Shown here: in pieces, positions 9,407 to 20,409 of the stretch | How the letters are laid out: each line of letters opens with the position of its first letter | Numbering within the stretch: the first letter of the stretch is position 1 | Source of the DNA: Gemmatimonadaceae bacterium | Lineage (GTDB): Bacteria > Gemmatimonadota > Gemmatimonadetes > Gemmatimonadales > Gemmatimonadaceae | Direction: 5' to 3' | Assembly (NCBI GenBank): GCA_045803545.1 | Contig: JBJMOW010000005.1 | Location: 256,001-320,000, forward strand | DNA: 64,000 bases | Position numbers and translations under genes: made by a program | The notes under the pieces: model-generated | What the model saw: the letters and a program-made list of their open reading frames with translations, nothing else | The model's database searches: none | What the model was told of the DNA's origin: nothing

Positions 9407-10927
9407 TCAAGCGCTCTGACGCGGCCTAGACACCATCGACATCCATGCGCCTCGCTCTTCAACGGTCAAGACTTTCGTCCAGGCAAAGATGCCGTATGCC
9501 CCAAGTCCCAGCGCGATAAGTATCAGGCCCATTGATACGGAAGGCGGGTCGGCCCAGGCGATCAGCGCGAACGTTGCCGCGAGTCCAGCTCCGAGTAGAG
9601 CCAATCGACGCGCGCGTGCGCTCTCCGAGAAATCGACTTCACATCTCCCGATGGCCCGCCGTGACGCCCACTCGTAAAGGGCCAGGTCTGCGGTGCACCG
9701 AAGGGTCCAGCTCAACGCCGCCCCCGGTATGCCGAAGGAATGAACCAGCACGAACGTCAGGGGGAGATAGACGATGGCTTCGCCAAGATGGATCTTTGCG
9801 GGAAGATCAGGGCGCGCTGCGCCGTAAAGGAGCCCGAGGGGTAAGTGCGCCAGACCTCCCAGAAACACGCCTATCGCGAGGATCCGCAGCGCCGTTGCGC
9901 CCGCGGCAGCGTAATCGGGGCCAAGCCAACCTCGCAGTACGGTTGGAGCAAATACCAAAAGCGCCAGGCAAAACGGGAACAATGCGGCCGCGAGCTGTCG
10001 GCGGCCTGCCCGGCATGCAGCGAGCGCTCGATCACGCGCACCGCGCGCCTCGCTGTTGGCTAGCGCGGGAAGCAACGCCGCAAACGCTGTAGCAGGTATG
10101 AGGAAGAAGCGATTGGCCAACTCGGCGGCGCCTGTGTAGAACCCGAGGCTGGCGACGCCGACAATCGAGCCAGTGACAAATCTCTCGAAGCTGCCGAGCG
10201 CGGGTCCCAGCACAGCCGAGACCGCCACCCATCCCGAGTATCCAAGCATTTCGCGCAATGGCTGAAGCTGAGGACGTATCAGCCAACCTCCTCCCAGCAG
10301 CACTCGCCGGACGGCATCGACATTGAACACCAGAAGGACGGCACGAACAGCCAGAAGCAGCCAAAGAATCGTGGAGAGCGCGCCGCCTGCTGGCGCCACA
10401 AGCGCAGGAATGATGATTGAGGCCAGACTCCCAGGAACTCGCAGCGCCGTGCTGATATCGAACCGCTGCGCGCCTTCCAGCGTCGCCCTCAGAGCTTGTG
10501 ATGCAAGCAACACGGGAACATGCAGCGACAGAACGCGGAACATGGCGATCGCTTCGGGAACAAGCTCTGGAGAAACCTTGAAAACGTGATTCGCCAGGAA
10601 GGGGGCTAATGCAAAAACCAATAAACCCGCTAGGCAACCCATCGCGGCTTGCGAGAAAACTGACGCCACGATGATCTCTCGCAGTCGATCCTGTCCTTTC
10701 GCTGTCGCATCGGCGACGAACCGCACCGTCGTGCGTGCCAAGCCAAGGTCGAACATCCCGGTTCCTTCGGCCAGTGCCCAGGCCAAAGCGAGGAGACCAA
10801 ATCTTGAGGGCCCGAGGGCGCGGACCGTGACAGGAACGAGAAAGGCAGCGGCGAGCGCAGGCAGAGCGAGAGACGCGAAATAGAGCGTGCCGTTCTTTGC
10901 AACCTTCGCGGCTGTCGGTGGAGTCAC
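9407..10927 (-). CDS. wzx: Wzx-type oligosaccharide flippase (copy 1)
   Basis: Many TM segments; LGPSRFGLL, FDLGL and LGFYT motifs. Confidence 0.85.
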   Translation of the reverse strand: MTPPTAAKVAKNGTLYFASLALPALAAAFLVPVTVRALGPSRFGLLALAWALAEGTGMFDLGLARTTVRFVADATAKGQDRLREIIVASVFSQAAMGCLAGLLVFALAPFLANHVFKVSPELVPEAIAMFRVLSLHVPVLLASQALRATLEGAQRFDISTALRVPGSLASIIIPALVAPAGGALSTILWLLLAVRAVLLVFNVDAVRRVLLGGGWLIRPQLQPLREMLGYSGWVAVSAVLGPALGSFERFVTGSIVGVASLGFYTGAAELANRFFLIPATAFAALLPALANSEARGARDRALAACRAGRRQLAAALFPFCLALLVFAPTVLRGWLGPDYAAAGATALRILAIGVFLGGLAHLPLGLLYGAARPDLPAKIHLGEAIVYLPLTFVLVHSFGIPGAALSWTLRCTADLALYEWASRRAIGRCEVDFSESARARRLALLGAGLAATFALIAWADPPSVSMGLILIALGLGAYGIFAWTKVLTVEERGAWMSMVSRPRQSA

Positions 10928-10986
10928 AGCGGAAAATTAAGCGCGGCCATGTCCGTGTGCGCTACCACCGTCTACATTACTCGCGA

Positions 10987-12627
10987 ATGCCGATCAAATC
11001 GCGCCACGCGTTGCTCTTCCTGAGTTTTCTCCTTCCACTCCCCTTCACCTCAGGCAACCTCTTCGCGCAGGCATCAGGAACTTCAACGCTCGATTTCGCC
11101 ACCGGCAGTGACTTCGAGGACTACTTGCGTGTTCTTCAGGTTGCGGGGATCGAGCCGCTTCAGCCGTGGTCCATTCGTGCGTTTTCTCCCCGAGACATCA
11201 TCCGGATGGTTCTCGCAGATAGCGCGGGACCGTGGGCTTTGCGCAAGAACTTTCACAACGAGAGGCTCTTCACTGGAAGAACCCGGTTTGGGAGCACGAT
11301 CAATACGTCGTTTCCGTATGGCGCCAACGATGGTCCGGTATGGGCGGGCCGCGGAATCACGCTCGTGGCAAGCGCCGGCGTCGGCGGAGTATTCGGGCCG
11401 TTGTCGTTTTCGATCTCGCCAACGGCGTTCATCGCCAGTAACGCGGCGTTCACGCTCATTCCGAACGGCCAGTCTGGTACCGCGGCCTACGCCAACGGCT
11501 CTTTCCCACTCAACGTCGACTACCCACAGCGGTTCGGTGGCAAAGCATACTCGCGCATTGATCCCGATGCGTCCAGCGTTCGCTTTGACTCCCGCTTCAT
11601 TTCGCTGGGGGCGTCAACGGGTAACGAGTGGATCGGCCCGGCCACGGAGTACCCGTTTCTTCTCGGCACTAACGCTCCTGGCTTCCCGCATGTCTTCGTC
11701 GGCACGGGCGAGCCGCTGAACCTCTGGCTCGCGCAGGTCGAAGCGAGAGTAATGTGGGGAAAGTTATATCAGTCGGATTTTTCTCCAGTGTCAGGCTCCA
11801 CACGCTATATCTCGTCCGCTGAGTCCGGTACGATCCGCCTGATGGCCTCGACTCAAATAGTCTTTCTGCCACGAGGGATCCCAGGATTCGAGTTAGGATT
11901 CGCCCGTTTCATTCATGTGCCTTATCGTGTTGGTGACCCGACTGGGGCATTTTGGAGAAAGCCATTCAAGGCCTTCTTCCTTAAGAATGAGTATGCAGCC
12001 GGGGATACAACGGGAGCCGATAATCAGCTTGCATCGGTTTTCTTTCGCTGGGTATTTCCGCACAGCGGCTTCGAGTTGTTTGGCGAGCGTGGCTATGAAG
12101 ATCAGTTCTATGATCTTCGCGACTTCATCCAGGACCCGGATAATGAGCGCGAGTACATGCTTGGCTTCCAAAAAACGCTACTCCGATCCAATGGCGTCCT
12201 CGATGTACTAAAGGCAGAGGTGCTCAACTACCAACTCCCTACGCTCGCGCGAGTCAGGGTACAAGGTTTTGTCTACGTACACGGAACTCTCCGACAAGGG
12301 CACACCAACCGCGGTCAGTTACTCGGTGCAGGCGCTGGTGTCGGGGCCGCAGCTGCGTCTACGATCTCATGGACCCGATACTCTCCGCGAGGCAGTTCGA
12401 CGTTCCTTCTGCGCAGAATCGTTCGCGACGAACCTAGCCCCGTCTTCCGCGTGATCTCTCCTTCGGGGTCAGACGTGACCATTTCAGCCGGTGCACAGCG
12501 CATGAGATTCGGCCGACACGTGGATTTCGGAGGCACCGTCGAACTGATGGAGGACTACAATCACAACTTCACCAAGGACGTGCCGAATCTCAATTTCCAG
12601 CTGACGGCGCGACTACACTCCCGGTAG
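10987..12627 (+). CDS. Capsule assembly Wzi-family protein (copy 2)
   Basis: Signal peptide from MPIKSRH; NDGPVWAGRG, IDPDASSV, NEWIGP..NAPGFPH, DNQLAS and HTNRGQLLGA motifs. Confidence 0.75.
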   Translation: MPIKSRHALLFLSFLLPLPFTSGNLFAQASGTSTLDFATGSDFEDYLRVLQVAGIEPLQPWSIRAFSPRDIIRMVLADSAGPWALRKNFHNERLFTGRTRFGSTINTSFPYGANDGPVWAGRGITLVASAGVGGVFGPLSFSISPTAFIASNAAFTLIPNGQSGTAAYANGSFPLNVDYPQRFGGKAYSRIDPDASSVRFDSRFISLGASTGNEWIGPATEYPFLLGTNAPGFPHVFVGTGEPLNLWLAQVEARVMWGKLYQSDFSPVSGSTRYISSAESGTIRLMASTQIVFLPRGIPGFELGFARFIHVPYRVGDPTGAFWRKPFKAFFLKNEYAAGDTTGADNQLASVFFRWVFPHSGFELFGERGYEDQFYDLRDFIQDPDNEREYMLGFQKTLLRSNGVLDVLKAEVLNYQLPTLARVRVQGFVYVHGTLRQGHTNRGQLLGAGAGVGAAAASTISWTRYSPRGSSTFLLRRIVRDEPSPVFRVISPSGSDVTISAGAQRMRFGRHVDFGGTVELMEDYNHNFTKDVPNLNFQLTARLHSR

Positions 12628-13897
12628 GTATCAGCGTCGTGTTTCGGTTGCGTGAGTATGCGAGACTCGGCGCGCCATCTGGCGCGGTAACCGGACGGCT
12701 TGCAACGACGGCCATCATCACCCAGAACAAACCGTTCCACGCCGCTGGATTCGTCATTGCGCCAAATATGAGCGCGACCCCGCCAGCGAGACAGGCAGCC
12801 GTGTAGGTCGGACGACGGTCTGCTCCTGGCTTTAGGAGACAATAAAGGAGAGTACCGCTCAGGCCGACTACCAACAGGAGAACCGAGACACCGCCGCCCG
12901 CATGGAAAATCTCGACCACGAAATTTTCTGAGACTGTACCGTGAACTCCGAGGCTTTCCGAAATCTCCCGATATGCCGAAGCCCCGTGGCCGAAAATCGG
13001 GCTCCGCTCGGCGTCGCGCAGAAACATCTTCCACATAACCACGCGTGACCAACCGGTGCCCGCATCGAGCTTCACAATCGTGAAGAAGCGCTGCGTCACC
13101 AGTGCGCGCACCAATGGGCTGGTGACGAACATCGTACCGGCGACTGCCGGCAGCGCAATCATCAGCGACAGCGCACGCGTCAGTACGCCGAAGCCGGTGT
13201 ATTGCTTCCGGAATCGCCACGCAGCGACAGGAGTAACCGTGAGGACCGCGATGATAAAGGCCAACCACGGGCCACGCGCGAGCGCGAGCAACGCAGCTAC
13301 TCCGTGCACCACGAATGCAACCAAGGCCAATATGAAACCGCGGCGTGATGTTGCGAACATGGCAGACGCGGCTGCTGCCGCTGCGAACGCGCTCGTATAA
13401 GTACCGACGATCGTGCCGAGCCCCAGTATGTAGCTGTCTTCACCCATTGCCTGCCCACTTCCGGCAGCAATCAATGCACGAGAGACGAGAGCGACCGACA
13501 TGCAAACGCTGCTTACCGCCAGCACTCTGAAGAACCGTTCCCAGCCTTGTGGCTGGAGCACGTAATAACAGCGAATCGCAGAGAACGCGGCGAGATTCAG
13601 AGTCAATACGGCAACGTCGGCGATGCCGTAAGGTTTGTACTCGGCGGGTGTCGCGAATGCCGTGCTGAGTACAATGAAAGGCACCATCGCCCAGAGCGCG
13701 AGAACAGGGCCATCGATCGCATCGACGACTTGCCACCGGTACACCGCAATTACTACGAGCGCGCCAATAAAGCCCCAGATCAGGAGCGGAAGGCCACCAA
13801 TGTGGAATTGAAAGTAGGAGTTGAAGGGTGCCACCGCCGCGCCGGTGAGCATGGTAAGCTCGGCGGCGCTGAAGCTGTTATTGGGGGAAATCGTCAC
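12590..13897 (-). CDS. O-antigen ligase / Wzy polymerase-family membrane protein (copy 1)
   Basis: Polytopic; ARGPW, SR..MW...SPIFGHG Wzy_C-like loop. Confidence 0.8.
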   Translation of the reverse strand: MTISPNNSFSAAELTMLTGAAVAPFNSYFQFHIGGLPLLIWGFIGALVVIAVYRWQVVDAIDGPVLALWAMVPFIVLSTAFATPAEYKPYGIADVAVLTLNLAAFSAIRCYYVLQPQGWERFFRVLAVSSVCMSVALVSRALIAAGSGQAMGEDSYILGLGTIVGTYTSAFAAAAAASAMFATSRRGFILALVAFVVHGVAALLALARGPWLAFIIAVLTVTPVAAWRFRKQYTGFGVLTRALSLMIALPAVAGTMFVTSPLVRALVTQRFFTIVKLDAGTGWSRVVMWKMFLRDAERSPIFGHGASAYREISESLGVHGTVSENFVVEIFHAGGGVSVLLLVVGLSGTLLYCLLKPGADRRPTYTAACLAGGVALIFGAMTNPAAWNGLFWVMMAVVASRPVTAPDGAPSLAYSRNRNTTLIPTGSVVAPSAGN

Positions 13898-14934
13898 CAG
13901 CCGTCCGAACGCGGCGCCCTCACGAAGGCAAACCAGAACAGAAGCGTCGCCGTAAGAAGGATCGATCCCAGGGCGATCAGGGTGCGTGGCGGTCCTGAGC
14001 GTTTCTCGGGTGCGGAAGCACTATCAACGCGCGCCACCATCGGAGCGTTGTTGTACTCGGTGAGTCTGGCGTTCTCGATCGTCGACTCGAGCTGCTCCTT
14101 GAGCGCGGTCAAGCGCAGGGTCTCAGCGCGAAGCCGCTCCTCCTGGCGCTTGAGGACCGGGCTCTGATCGCCGCGGATCGACAGCAGCGATCTGTTTTGC
14201 AGAAGGAAAGTTTCCAGACGGTCTTCACTGGCCTCGAGGCGGCCCTCGACGTCGCTGAGGAATCCCTCAGTGAACTTGCGCCGCTCCGCAGCCTGATTGC
14301 GGCGGAAACGGACATTGAGGTTGTCGATCAGTTCAACCGAGCGGTTGGCGATTGCCGCAGCGGCCACCGGTGATTTCGCATCGACCCGCACCACCACCAC
14401 GCCCGACGGCTGTGTCGAGACCTCGATCATCTTCTTCAGCTTGATGCGGGCTTTCCAATTTCGGATGCTGTCGTTCTTGGCGCTCGTAATGATATAGTTC
14501 TTGACCAGAATCGGCTTGCCCTTGGGGACAATCGGAATTGGCGACGCCGCGAGGCTGTCGAAGAAAGATTGAGACTTGAGCAGATCGACAAAGAAAGCAG
14601 GATTGTTTCCGAGAGATCCGCCGGCCGCCGAGAGCAGCGCACTCAGGGGTCCCAGTGAACCAAGGGAAGAAGCCAGGTCACCTCCCTGTTTTCCCTCCGA
14701 ATAGAAGGACGCCCGCGCTGTGTACTTGGCGGGGAGTACTATCGCCAGCGTAGTCCCAAGGATCGCTGCCGCGATCATCATGATCGTCACAGGCTTGCGT
14801 CGCTCGCGCAGGTACTCGCGCGCGAGCCTGACGCGCACGCGGCCCTTTCTTTCCTCGCGGTCATCGACGGCTATGGGCTCAATGACCGGTATCGGGTGGA
14901 TTCTTTCCACCGCCGAATCGCTGGGTGCGTTCAC
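13894..14934 (-). CDS. Wzz/GNVR-type polysaccharide co-polymerase (copy 1)
   Basis: Two TM helices flanking a coiled-coil region; P.KYTARAS and VDSASAPEKRSGPPR motifs. Confidence 0.82.
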   Translation of the reverse strand: MNAPSDSAVERIHPIPVIEPIAVDDREERKGRVRVRLAREYLRERRKPVTIMMIAAAILGTTLAIVLPAKYTARASFYSEGKQGGDLASSLGSLGPLSALLSAAGGSLGNNPAFFVDLLKSQSFFDSLAASPIPIVPKGKPILVKNYIITSAKNDSIRNWKARIKLKKMIEVSTQPSGVVVVRVDAKSPVAAAAIANRSVELIDNLNVRFRRNQAAERRKFTEGFLSDVEGRLEASEDRLETFLLQNRSLLSIRGDQSPVLKRQEERLRAETLRLTALKEQLESTIENARLTEYNNAPMVARVDSASAPEKRSGPPRTLIALGSILLTATLLFWFAFVRAPRSDGW

Positions 14935-14944
14935 GGTTTGCTAC

Positions 14945-16627
14945 TCACCTTATGCTGAACGGAGAAAAAGTGATCGACAACGTTCTGTTCCGGATGTCAC
15001 GTCGTACGCCAACGTTCGGGCATCCGCCATCGTTCTGGAACAGGAAATTCTCTCGATCCTGAAAAGACACATCAGCGGTTAGGGTCCCGAGGCTGGACGA
15101 GCTCGCCAGGCGTATGCCGGGATAAAGACTGACATCGTGACTACAGTAGCTCTGATAATCCGGAAAAGGAAAGGTGCTGTGGACATCCTCGTTCCAGCGA
15201 ATTCGGCCGCCGTAGACGCCGAATCGCCAGCTTGGCTTAACGTAGTCTATCGCCAGCCATTGACTTGATGCGCCCGGACCAATCGAGGCGCCGAGTACCT
15301 CGCCGCGATTTGTGTAGCCCTGTATGACACGGGTGCTCATGTACCACGACTCCTGCGGCAAGTCACGGAATGTAGCGCTTTGCTCCATTTGCGTTACTTC
15401 GCTCTGTAACCGAACTATACCCCCGAGCCAGGCGGGGCGCCGCCATTGGAGTCCGAGCGTGTAGGCCTGAGTGTGGTTTGGTCTCACGAGTAAATCGTGC
15501 AGATCCAGGCGCAGCTGCGTGCGGGCCCACTCGGTATAGACTTCGAGTCCATCTGCAGGTGCGACCCACCGCGCAAAGAGTGAGAAGAGCTGGTCCTTTC
15601 GCGTGGGCTTCGTGGCCGCATCCTCGGGGGTCGCGTTTCCCGTATGACCTGTGCGTGCGAGGACATCGAACCAGCGCCATGGCACCTGACCCCACCCGGT
15701 CGCGGTCGAATAGACGGAGCGCGCAAAACCGAAGCTCAAGTTGGGATTCCACACGGTTTGCAGTGTCGTCGCGATAGATGCGAGAGATCTCACGTTGTTC
15801 GTCGAGACCGTGTCGAAAAACTTCGACTCGGTTAGCCCACCGACCAGCCAACGTGCTTCGAGCAGTCCGAAGCGAGTGGAAAGAGGTCGCGCTGTTCGGA
15901 TCAAGAAATGGGGGAAGCCCGGCGCGTTGTTGCTGAGGACGATCGCATTTCGAATACCCGGCCCCCACCATTCGTTCTCGTTCGAGAATCCAAATTCAAA
16001 TCGATTGGTCGAGAACAACGCCGACGACTGTCCGGGATCAAAGCGGCGGATGGGACCTTTGCCAAACCGCAATGGCTGATCGATCGACCACTGCGAAGCG
16101 ACGTACTGAGGGAACACGTAGCCACCGCCTGCTCGATCCGCTGGGATGACAGGCAGGTGCTGGTCAAAGGGGAAAGGGCGAATGACCCAGTCGGAGTTTT
16201 CGGAGGAAATCAGCTCGGGCGCAAAAATGACCCTTACTCGCCGGCTCTCGAGCTTGAAGCCAGTCAGCGTCCGCGTGCTCAATCCCCTTCCCGCCCAAAG
16301 CGCACCATAATTCTGCGAGAACGGTATAGCCGTGCTGTGAACGAACAAAAGCTGGGGCACAAGCGGAGAAAGGCGGACCTGTCCTGGCTCGCTCGGCACC
16401 GGCCGCGTGAGCGACGATGCGGATCGAAGAAGCAATGACTGGCCGGCGCCTACGCCATTCACCAATTGATCGAGCCGAATACGATCGACACTCTCGCTAG
16501 TAACGAGGATCAGCGACGAAGCAGGAACACGAACCGAATCGTGCGCAACGGAGGTAGTTTGTTGCGCGAGACCAACGCGGGAAACGGATAATGCTACGGT
16601 CAGTAAGGCGGCAATGCGGAGATTCAA
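14945..16627 (-). CDS. Capsule assembly Wzi-family protein (copy 3)
   Basis: Signal peptide; GALWAGRG, NENEWWGPGIRNAIVLSNNAPGFPH and YTNRGEVLGASIGPG motifs, paralogous to copy 2. Confidence 0.8.
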   Translation of the reverse strand: MNLRIAALLTVALSVSRVGLAQQTTSVAHDSVRVPASSLILVTSESVDRIRLDQLVNGVGAGQSLLLRSASSLTRPVPSEPGQVRLSPLVPQLLFVHSTAIPFSQNYGALWAGRGLSTRTLTGFKLESRRVRVIFAPELISSENSDWVIRPFPFDQHLPVIPADRAGGGYVFPQYVASQWSIDQPLRFGKGPIRRFDPGQSSALFSTNRFEFGFSNENEWWGPGIRNAIVLSNNAPGFPHFLIRTARPLSTRFGLLEARWLVGGLTESKFFDTVSTNNVRSLASIATTLQTVWNPNLSFGFARSVYSTATGWGQVPWRWFDVLARTGHTGNATPEDAATKPTRKDQLFSLFARWVAPADGLEVYTEWARTQLRLDLHDLLVRPNHTQAYTLGLQWRRPAWLGGIVRLQSEVTQMEQSATFRDLPQESWYMSTRVIQGYTNRGEVLGASIGPGASSQWLAIDYVKPSWRFGVYGGRIRWNEDVHSTFPFPDYQSYCSHDVSLYPGIRLASSSSLGTLTADVSFQDRENFLFQNDGGCPNVGVRRDIRNRTLSITFSPFSIR

Positions 16628-16657
16628 AAATCGGCTCGCGATAGAGTGTGGCGTACG

Positions 16658-17809
16658 TCAGAGCTGCGTCTTGAGAGTATGCCGAACGGCGTCTGCTACA
16701 CAAGTGACTGTCACCGGATTGGAAGGTGGAGTGTCCACTGGAGCCGGAGACCGAGCGAGCCCCGCCAGCTCTCCGGCAACCACGGCCGACGATGGACTGG
16801 TTGGCCCAAACCATTTCGGATTGCCCATTTCGAAGATCGCGACAAGTGGTACACTCAACGCGTCGGCGATATGCATCGGTCCGCTGTCATTGCAGATGAA
16901 GACATCGCAACATGAGATGATCGCCATCAGCTCGCGCAGACCCGGACGCACAACGAGCGTGGATTCGGGCCAGCCTCCTGGATCCTGGTCTTCGGGTCCA
17001 AGCATCACCACATGCCTCCCACTAACCTCGTTGCGCAGCACGCGTGACAGCTCCCGGAAATGATCGCCAGGCCAACGCTTGCCCGAGTGCGATCCGCCAG
17101 GGTGGTAGCCGATTGTAGGGCGGCCGGCTCCGAGCTCTCGCGTGAGGAGTCGCTCAGCATCGTTCTTTTCGTCGCGAGTCACCACGAGCAGCGAACGCGT
17201 CGGACTTCGCTTCAGCGTCCGGCCTTCGCTCGGCAACAACCTCAACAAATCGTCCCAGTCAGCGTGCTTGTGGGTGTCATCGCGGTTGCTCGGCAATGCT
17301 GCTGTCAGCAGCCATCCGCCGCCCCCGATGTCGTAACCGATTCGGCGCGGCGCCAACGTGATCGCGGCGAGCAGATTCGAGCGTAGGTCCATCCGCGCGT
17401 CGATCGTCAAATCGAACTTCCTGTCTCGTAATGTGGCAATCAGGTCCCGCATGTGCCGGCGGGCAGTGGCGCCGAACCGGTATTTGTGGCTCGGTGCTGT
17501 CCATGGCAGCTCGGCATCGATCACCTCATCGACGAGTCCCGTGTTGGCGAGCAACTCTCGAGCGAAAGGGCGAGCCAGGAGCGAGATGCTCGCGCCTGGA
17601 AAGCGATCGCGCAGAGCCGACAGAAAGGGCGTGACCAACACGACGTCGCCAATGTACCAGGGTTCGATGATCAGGATGCGCTCGATGGCGCGTGGCGGAT
17701 TGGTTGCCTGTCGCAGCGCGCGAAACGGCGCGAAGAGGGTGCGCCCCGCAAGATCAACTGCGTTCAGTACCGCGATCCGTGTGCGGCTAACAGGCCAAGT
17801 GAGCGCCAT
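16658..17809 (-). CDS. GT9-family glycosyltransferase, copy 2
   Basis: IGDVVL, HPGGSHSGKRWP and NDSGPMHIA motifs. Start set at MALTWP to avoid a long overlap. Confidence 0.87.
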   Translation of the reverse strand: MALTWPVSRTRIAVLNAVDLAGRTLFAPFRALRQATNPPRAIERILIIEPWYIGDVVLVTPFLSALRDRFPGASISLLARPFARELLANTGLVDEVIDAELPWTAPSHKYRFGATARRHMRDLIATLRDRKFDLTIDARMDLRSNLLAAITLAPRRIGYDIGGGGWLLTAALPSNRDDTHKHADWDDLLRLLPSEGRTLKRSPTRSLLVVTRDEKNDAERLLTRELGAGRPTIGYHPGGSHSGKRWPGDHFRELSRVLRNEVSGRHVVMLGPEDQDPGGWPESTLVVRPGLRELMAIISCCDVFICNDSGPMHIADALSVPLVAIFEMGNPKWFGPTSPSSAVVAGELAGLARSPAPVDTPPSNPVTVTCVADAVRHTLKTQL

Positions 17810-17837
17810 TAGCAGCGCGCCATCAGGATCTGTCCGC

Positions 17838-18839
17838 TCAGAGCAATCGATCGCGCCAGGTTCGCGGCACGAGTGGCGAGTCGATCTCGATCGGAAGATG
17901 GTATTCGAACGGCTTGGGCCCGTGAGCACGAATCCACTCGACCATTGAGATCAGACCCTCGCGCAAAGTCACCTTCGTCTTGTACCCAAGGAGTTTACGC
18001 GCCTTGTCCGCGCTGCACGTAGCGTTCTTAACTTCTCTCGGCCGATCGGTGACATATATCGGCTTGAGCGAGAACGACAGCAGGTCGGCGAGCATCACGG
18101 CCAGCTCATTGATCGTGGCAGCTTCCTCGTCCGGTCCGATGTTAATCATCTCGCCCGATAGTCCTGCTTGAGTTCCCATCTTCAGTAAGGGATCGACGCA
18201 GTCCTGCACGAAAGAAAATGAACGGCGTTGCTCACCATCCCCATAGATAATCGGTTGCTTTCCTTGCAGCATCCGATTGATCATGATGCTAGCGACGTTG
18301 CGATACGGATCATCGTACTTCTGCCGCGGACCAATGATGTTGTGCGGCACCGCGATCACATACTCCATGCCGTGCGTTTCACTGACGTTCCTCACGACCC
18401 ACTCGCCGGCAACCTTGGCAATCCCGTAAGGATCTACTGGCGCGGCAGGCTGGTCCTCTTTAAACGGAGGCTTGCCTTCACCATAACGAGCCATGCTCGA
18501 ACAGTAGACGAATCGCTTAACGCGTTTACTCGCGGCAGCGGCAAGCAATCCGGCCGTGTTTTCGTATACGTGTTTCGCGATAATCGCCGGGGAGAAAACA
18601 CTCAGGCCCTCGGTCGCAATCGCGCCGCAGTGGTACACCAGATCGACGTCCTGGAGTAGCGGTTTCATCGCCTGCACGTCCCCGCAATCCGCCTCTTCGA
18701 ACTGGATGCCCTCGGGAAGATTCTGGAGATCTCCCCCGATCATGTTGTCGCAGCCAACGACTTCATCGCCTGAACGCGTGAAAGCGTCGGCAAGATGGCT
18801 GCCCAGGAAGCCAGCCACGCCTGAGATGAAAACTTTCAT
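17838..18839 (-). CDS. NAD-dependent nucleotide-sugar epimerase/dehydratase
   Basis: GVAGFLG Rossmann motif, SSMARYG, YGIAK catalytic motif. Confidence 0.92.
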   Translation of the reverse strand: MKVFISGVAGFLGSHLADAFTRSGDEVVGCDNMIGGDLQNLPEGIQFEEADCGDVQAMKPLLQDVDLVYHCGAIATEGLSVFSPAIIAKHVYENTAGLLAAAASKRVKRFVYCSSMARYGEGKPPFKEDQPAAPVDPYGIAKVAGEWVVRNVSETHGMEYVIAVPHNIIGPRQKYDDPYRNVASIMINRMLQGKQPIIYGDGEQRRSFSFVQDCVDPLLKMGTQAGLSGEMINIGPDEEAATINELAVMLADLLSFSLKPIYVTDRPREVKNATCSADKARKLLGYKTKVTLREGLISMVEWIRAHGPKPFEYHLPIEIDSPLVPRTWRDRLL

Positions 18840-18849
18840 TGTTTTCTTG

Positions 18850-20409
18850 TTAAAAGGCTCCGGTTCGCCTCAAGACCGCGGGAATTGTCCGGAATAGAAT
18901 ACTAACATCGAGCCAGAACGACCACTGTTCGATGTACTGCCGATCGAGGAAGATCACATCCTCGAAGTCGACCATTTCGCTGCGTCCGCTCACCTGCCAC
19001 AACCCAGTAATGCCCGGCTTCGCGTCGAGCCGGCGGAAGTGGTGGTCCTCGTACTCCTCGAAGTCACTCTCGAAAAAAGGCCGAGGCCCGATCAGCGACA
19101 TGTCTCCGATCAGGACGTTTGCGAGCTGCGGCAATTCGTCGAGACTCCAGCGGCGAAGGAAACGACCAAGCCGCGTGGTACGGGGATCGTTGGGAATCTT
19201 GAATAGGCGTCTGTCGCCGGTGTGATTCAGGTGAGCCAGGCGCTGTTTCTCGTCATCGGCACCGACGTGCATTGTGCGGAACTTGAACATCCGGAAGCGG
19301 CGCCCACCGAGCCCTGCACGCTCCTGAAGGAAGAACGGCGAGCCCGGCGAATCGAGGCGAACTGCAATGATGATCGCCAGCAATACAGGGGAGAGGAGCG
19401 TGAGCAGGATGCTGCTCACAACTATGTCGACCACGCGCTTGGAGATCAGCGCACGCGCCTTGAGAACCGGACTGCCAAGCTCGAAGAATGGTTGATCGTG
19501 GTGCCACACGAGCGTAGGCCTCAACCCGTAAACCCGGACTGCGCGCGCCGGGAACAGGACCTGACAACCCGCGTGCAAGCACTCCTCGATCAGGTCGTTG
19601 ATCCTACTCGCCGGCAAATCGGCGCAGACGACGACTGCCTCGGCATCGTGCTCACTGATGACGGCAGTAAGATTATCGATCGTGCCGATCAGTGCGGCGT
19701 CGGCGCCGGCATTTCCGGTTTCGTTGCTCGCATCGCCATGAGACAGCGTCGCGACGTATCCGGCTACTTGATAGTCTCCGCCAGGCGCGGCCACAGCTTT
19801 CCTATACCGCTCGGCGTTTTGTGGGTTGCCGACGAGAATGGCAACCCCGGCTCCTCGTTGACCGGGCCACAGATCACGCAGAATCCATTCTGACAGCTGG
19901 CGAACGAGATAGAGAATGAGCCAAATCGTGCCGGCCGTTGCGACTATCGGCAAAACGAGGTTGGCTAGGAGCCCCCTCGCAATGCCGCCCGCCCACGCGA
20001 GGACGCACGCGCCGGCGACGGCCAGGAAAAGCCGAAAGGGAAGATTCAATGCCCGATGTCTGCTGTGACCACCGGTTGCAAACACCGCCGTGAGAATCAA
20101 CACGCTTAGCCAAATAAACCGCGCCCCTCCGTCCAGGAGCGGCGTGTCTGCATAGAGGATCGCTCCGTTGATCGTTTCAGAGCCGAGCCACACGGCGACG
20201 AGTCTCGCAAGGCCGATGGCGATGATGTCGCCAAGCAGCAGGACGGCAAAGCGCGTGGCGACACGACCAGTGTGACGACGCACGGCGCGCGGACGTCGAT
20301 CAAGCAAGGCAGATCGACGCTGCAGGCCAGGGTGGATCAAAACTTTGGCTTCGACAAAAGGCGGCGCCAACGTCACTAGGCTGTCCGGTCGGTGGTCATT
20401 TCGAGCCAT
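18850..20409 (-). CDS. Initiating polyprenyl-phosphate glycosylphosphotransferase (WcaJ/WbaP-like)
   Basis: N-terminal TMs, CoA-binding-like domain, [25 protein letters not shown] and [10 protein letters not shown] motifs. Confidence 0.93.
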   Translation of the reverse strand: MARNDHRPDSLVTLAPPFVEAKVLIHPGLQRRSALLDRRPRAVRRHTGRVATRFAVLLLGDIIAIGLARLVAVWLGSETINGAILYADTPLLDGGARFIWLSVLILTAVFATGGHSRHRALNLPFRLFLAVAGACVLAWAGGIARGLLANLVLPIVATAGTIWLILYLVRQLSEWILRDLWPGQRGAGVAILVGNPQNAERYRKAVAAPGGDYQVAGYVATLSHGDASNETGNAGADAALIGTIDNLTAVISEHDAEAVVVCADLPASRINDLIEECLHAGCQVLFPARAVRVYGLRPTLVWHHDQPFFELGSPVLKARALISKRVVDIVVSSILLTLLSPVLLAIIIAVRLDSPGSPFFLQERAGLGGRRFRMFKFRTMHVGADDEKQRLAHLNHTGDRRLFKIPNDPRTTRLGRFLRRWSLDELPQLANVLIGDMSLIGPRPFFESDFEEYEDHHFRRLDAKPGITGLWQVSGRSEMVDFEDVIFLDRQYIEQWSFWLDVSILFRTIPAVLRRTGAF

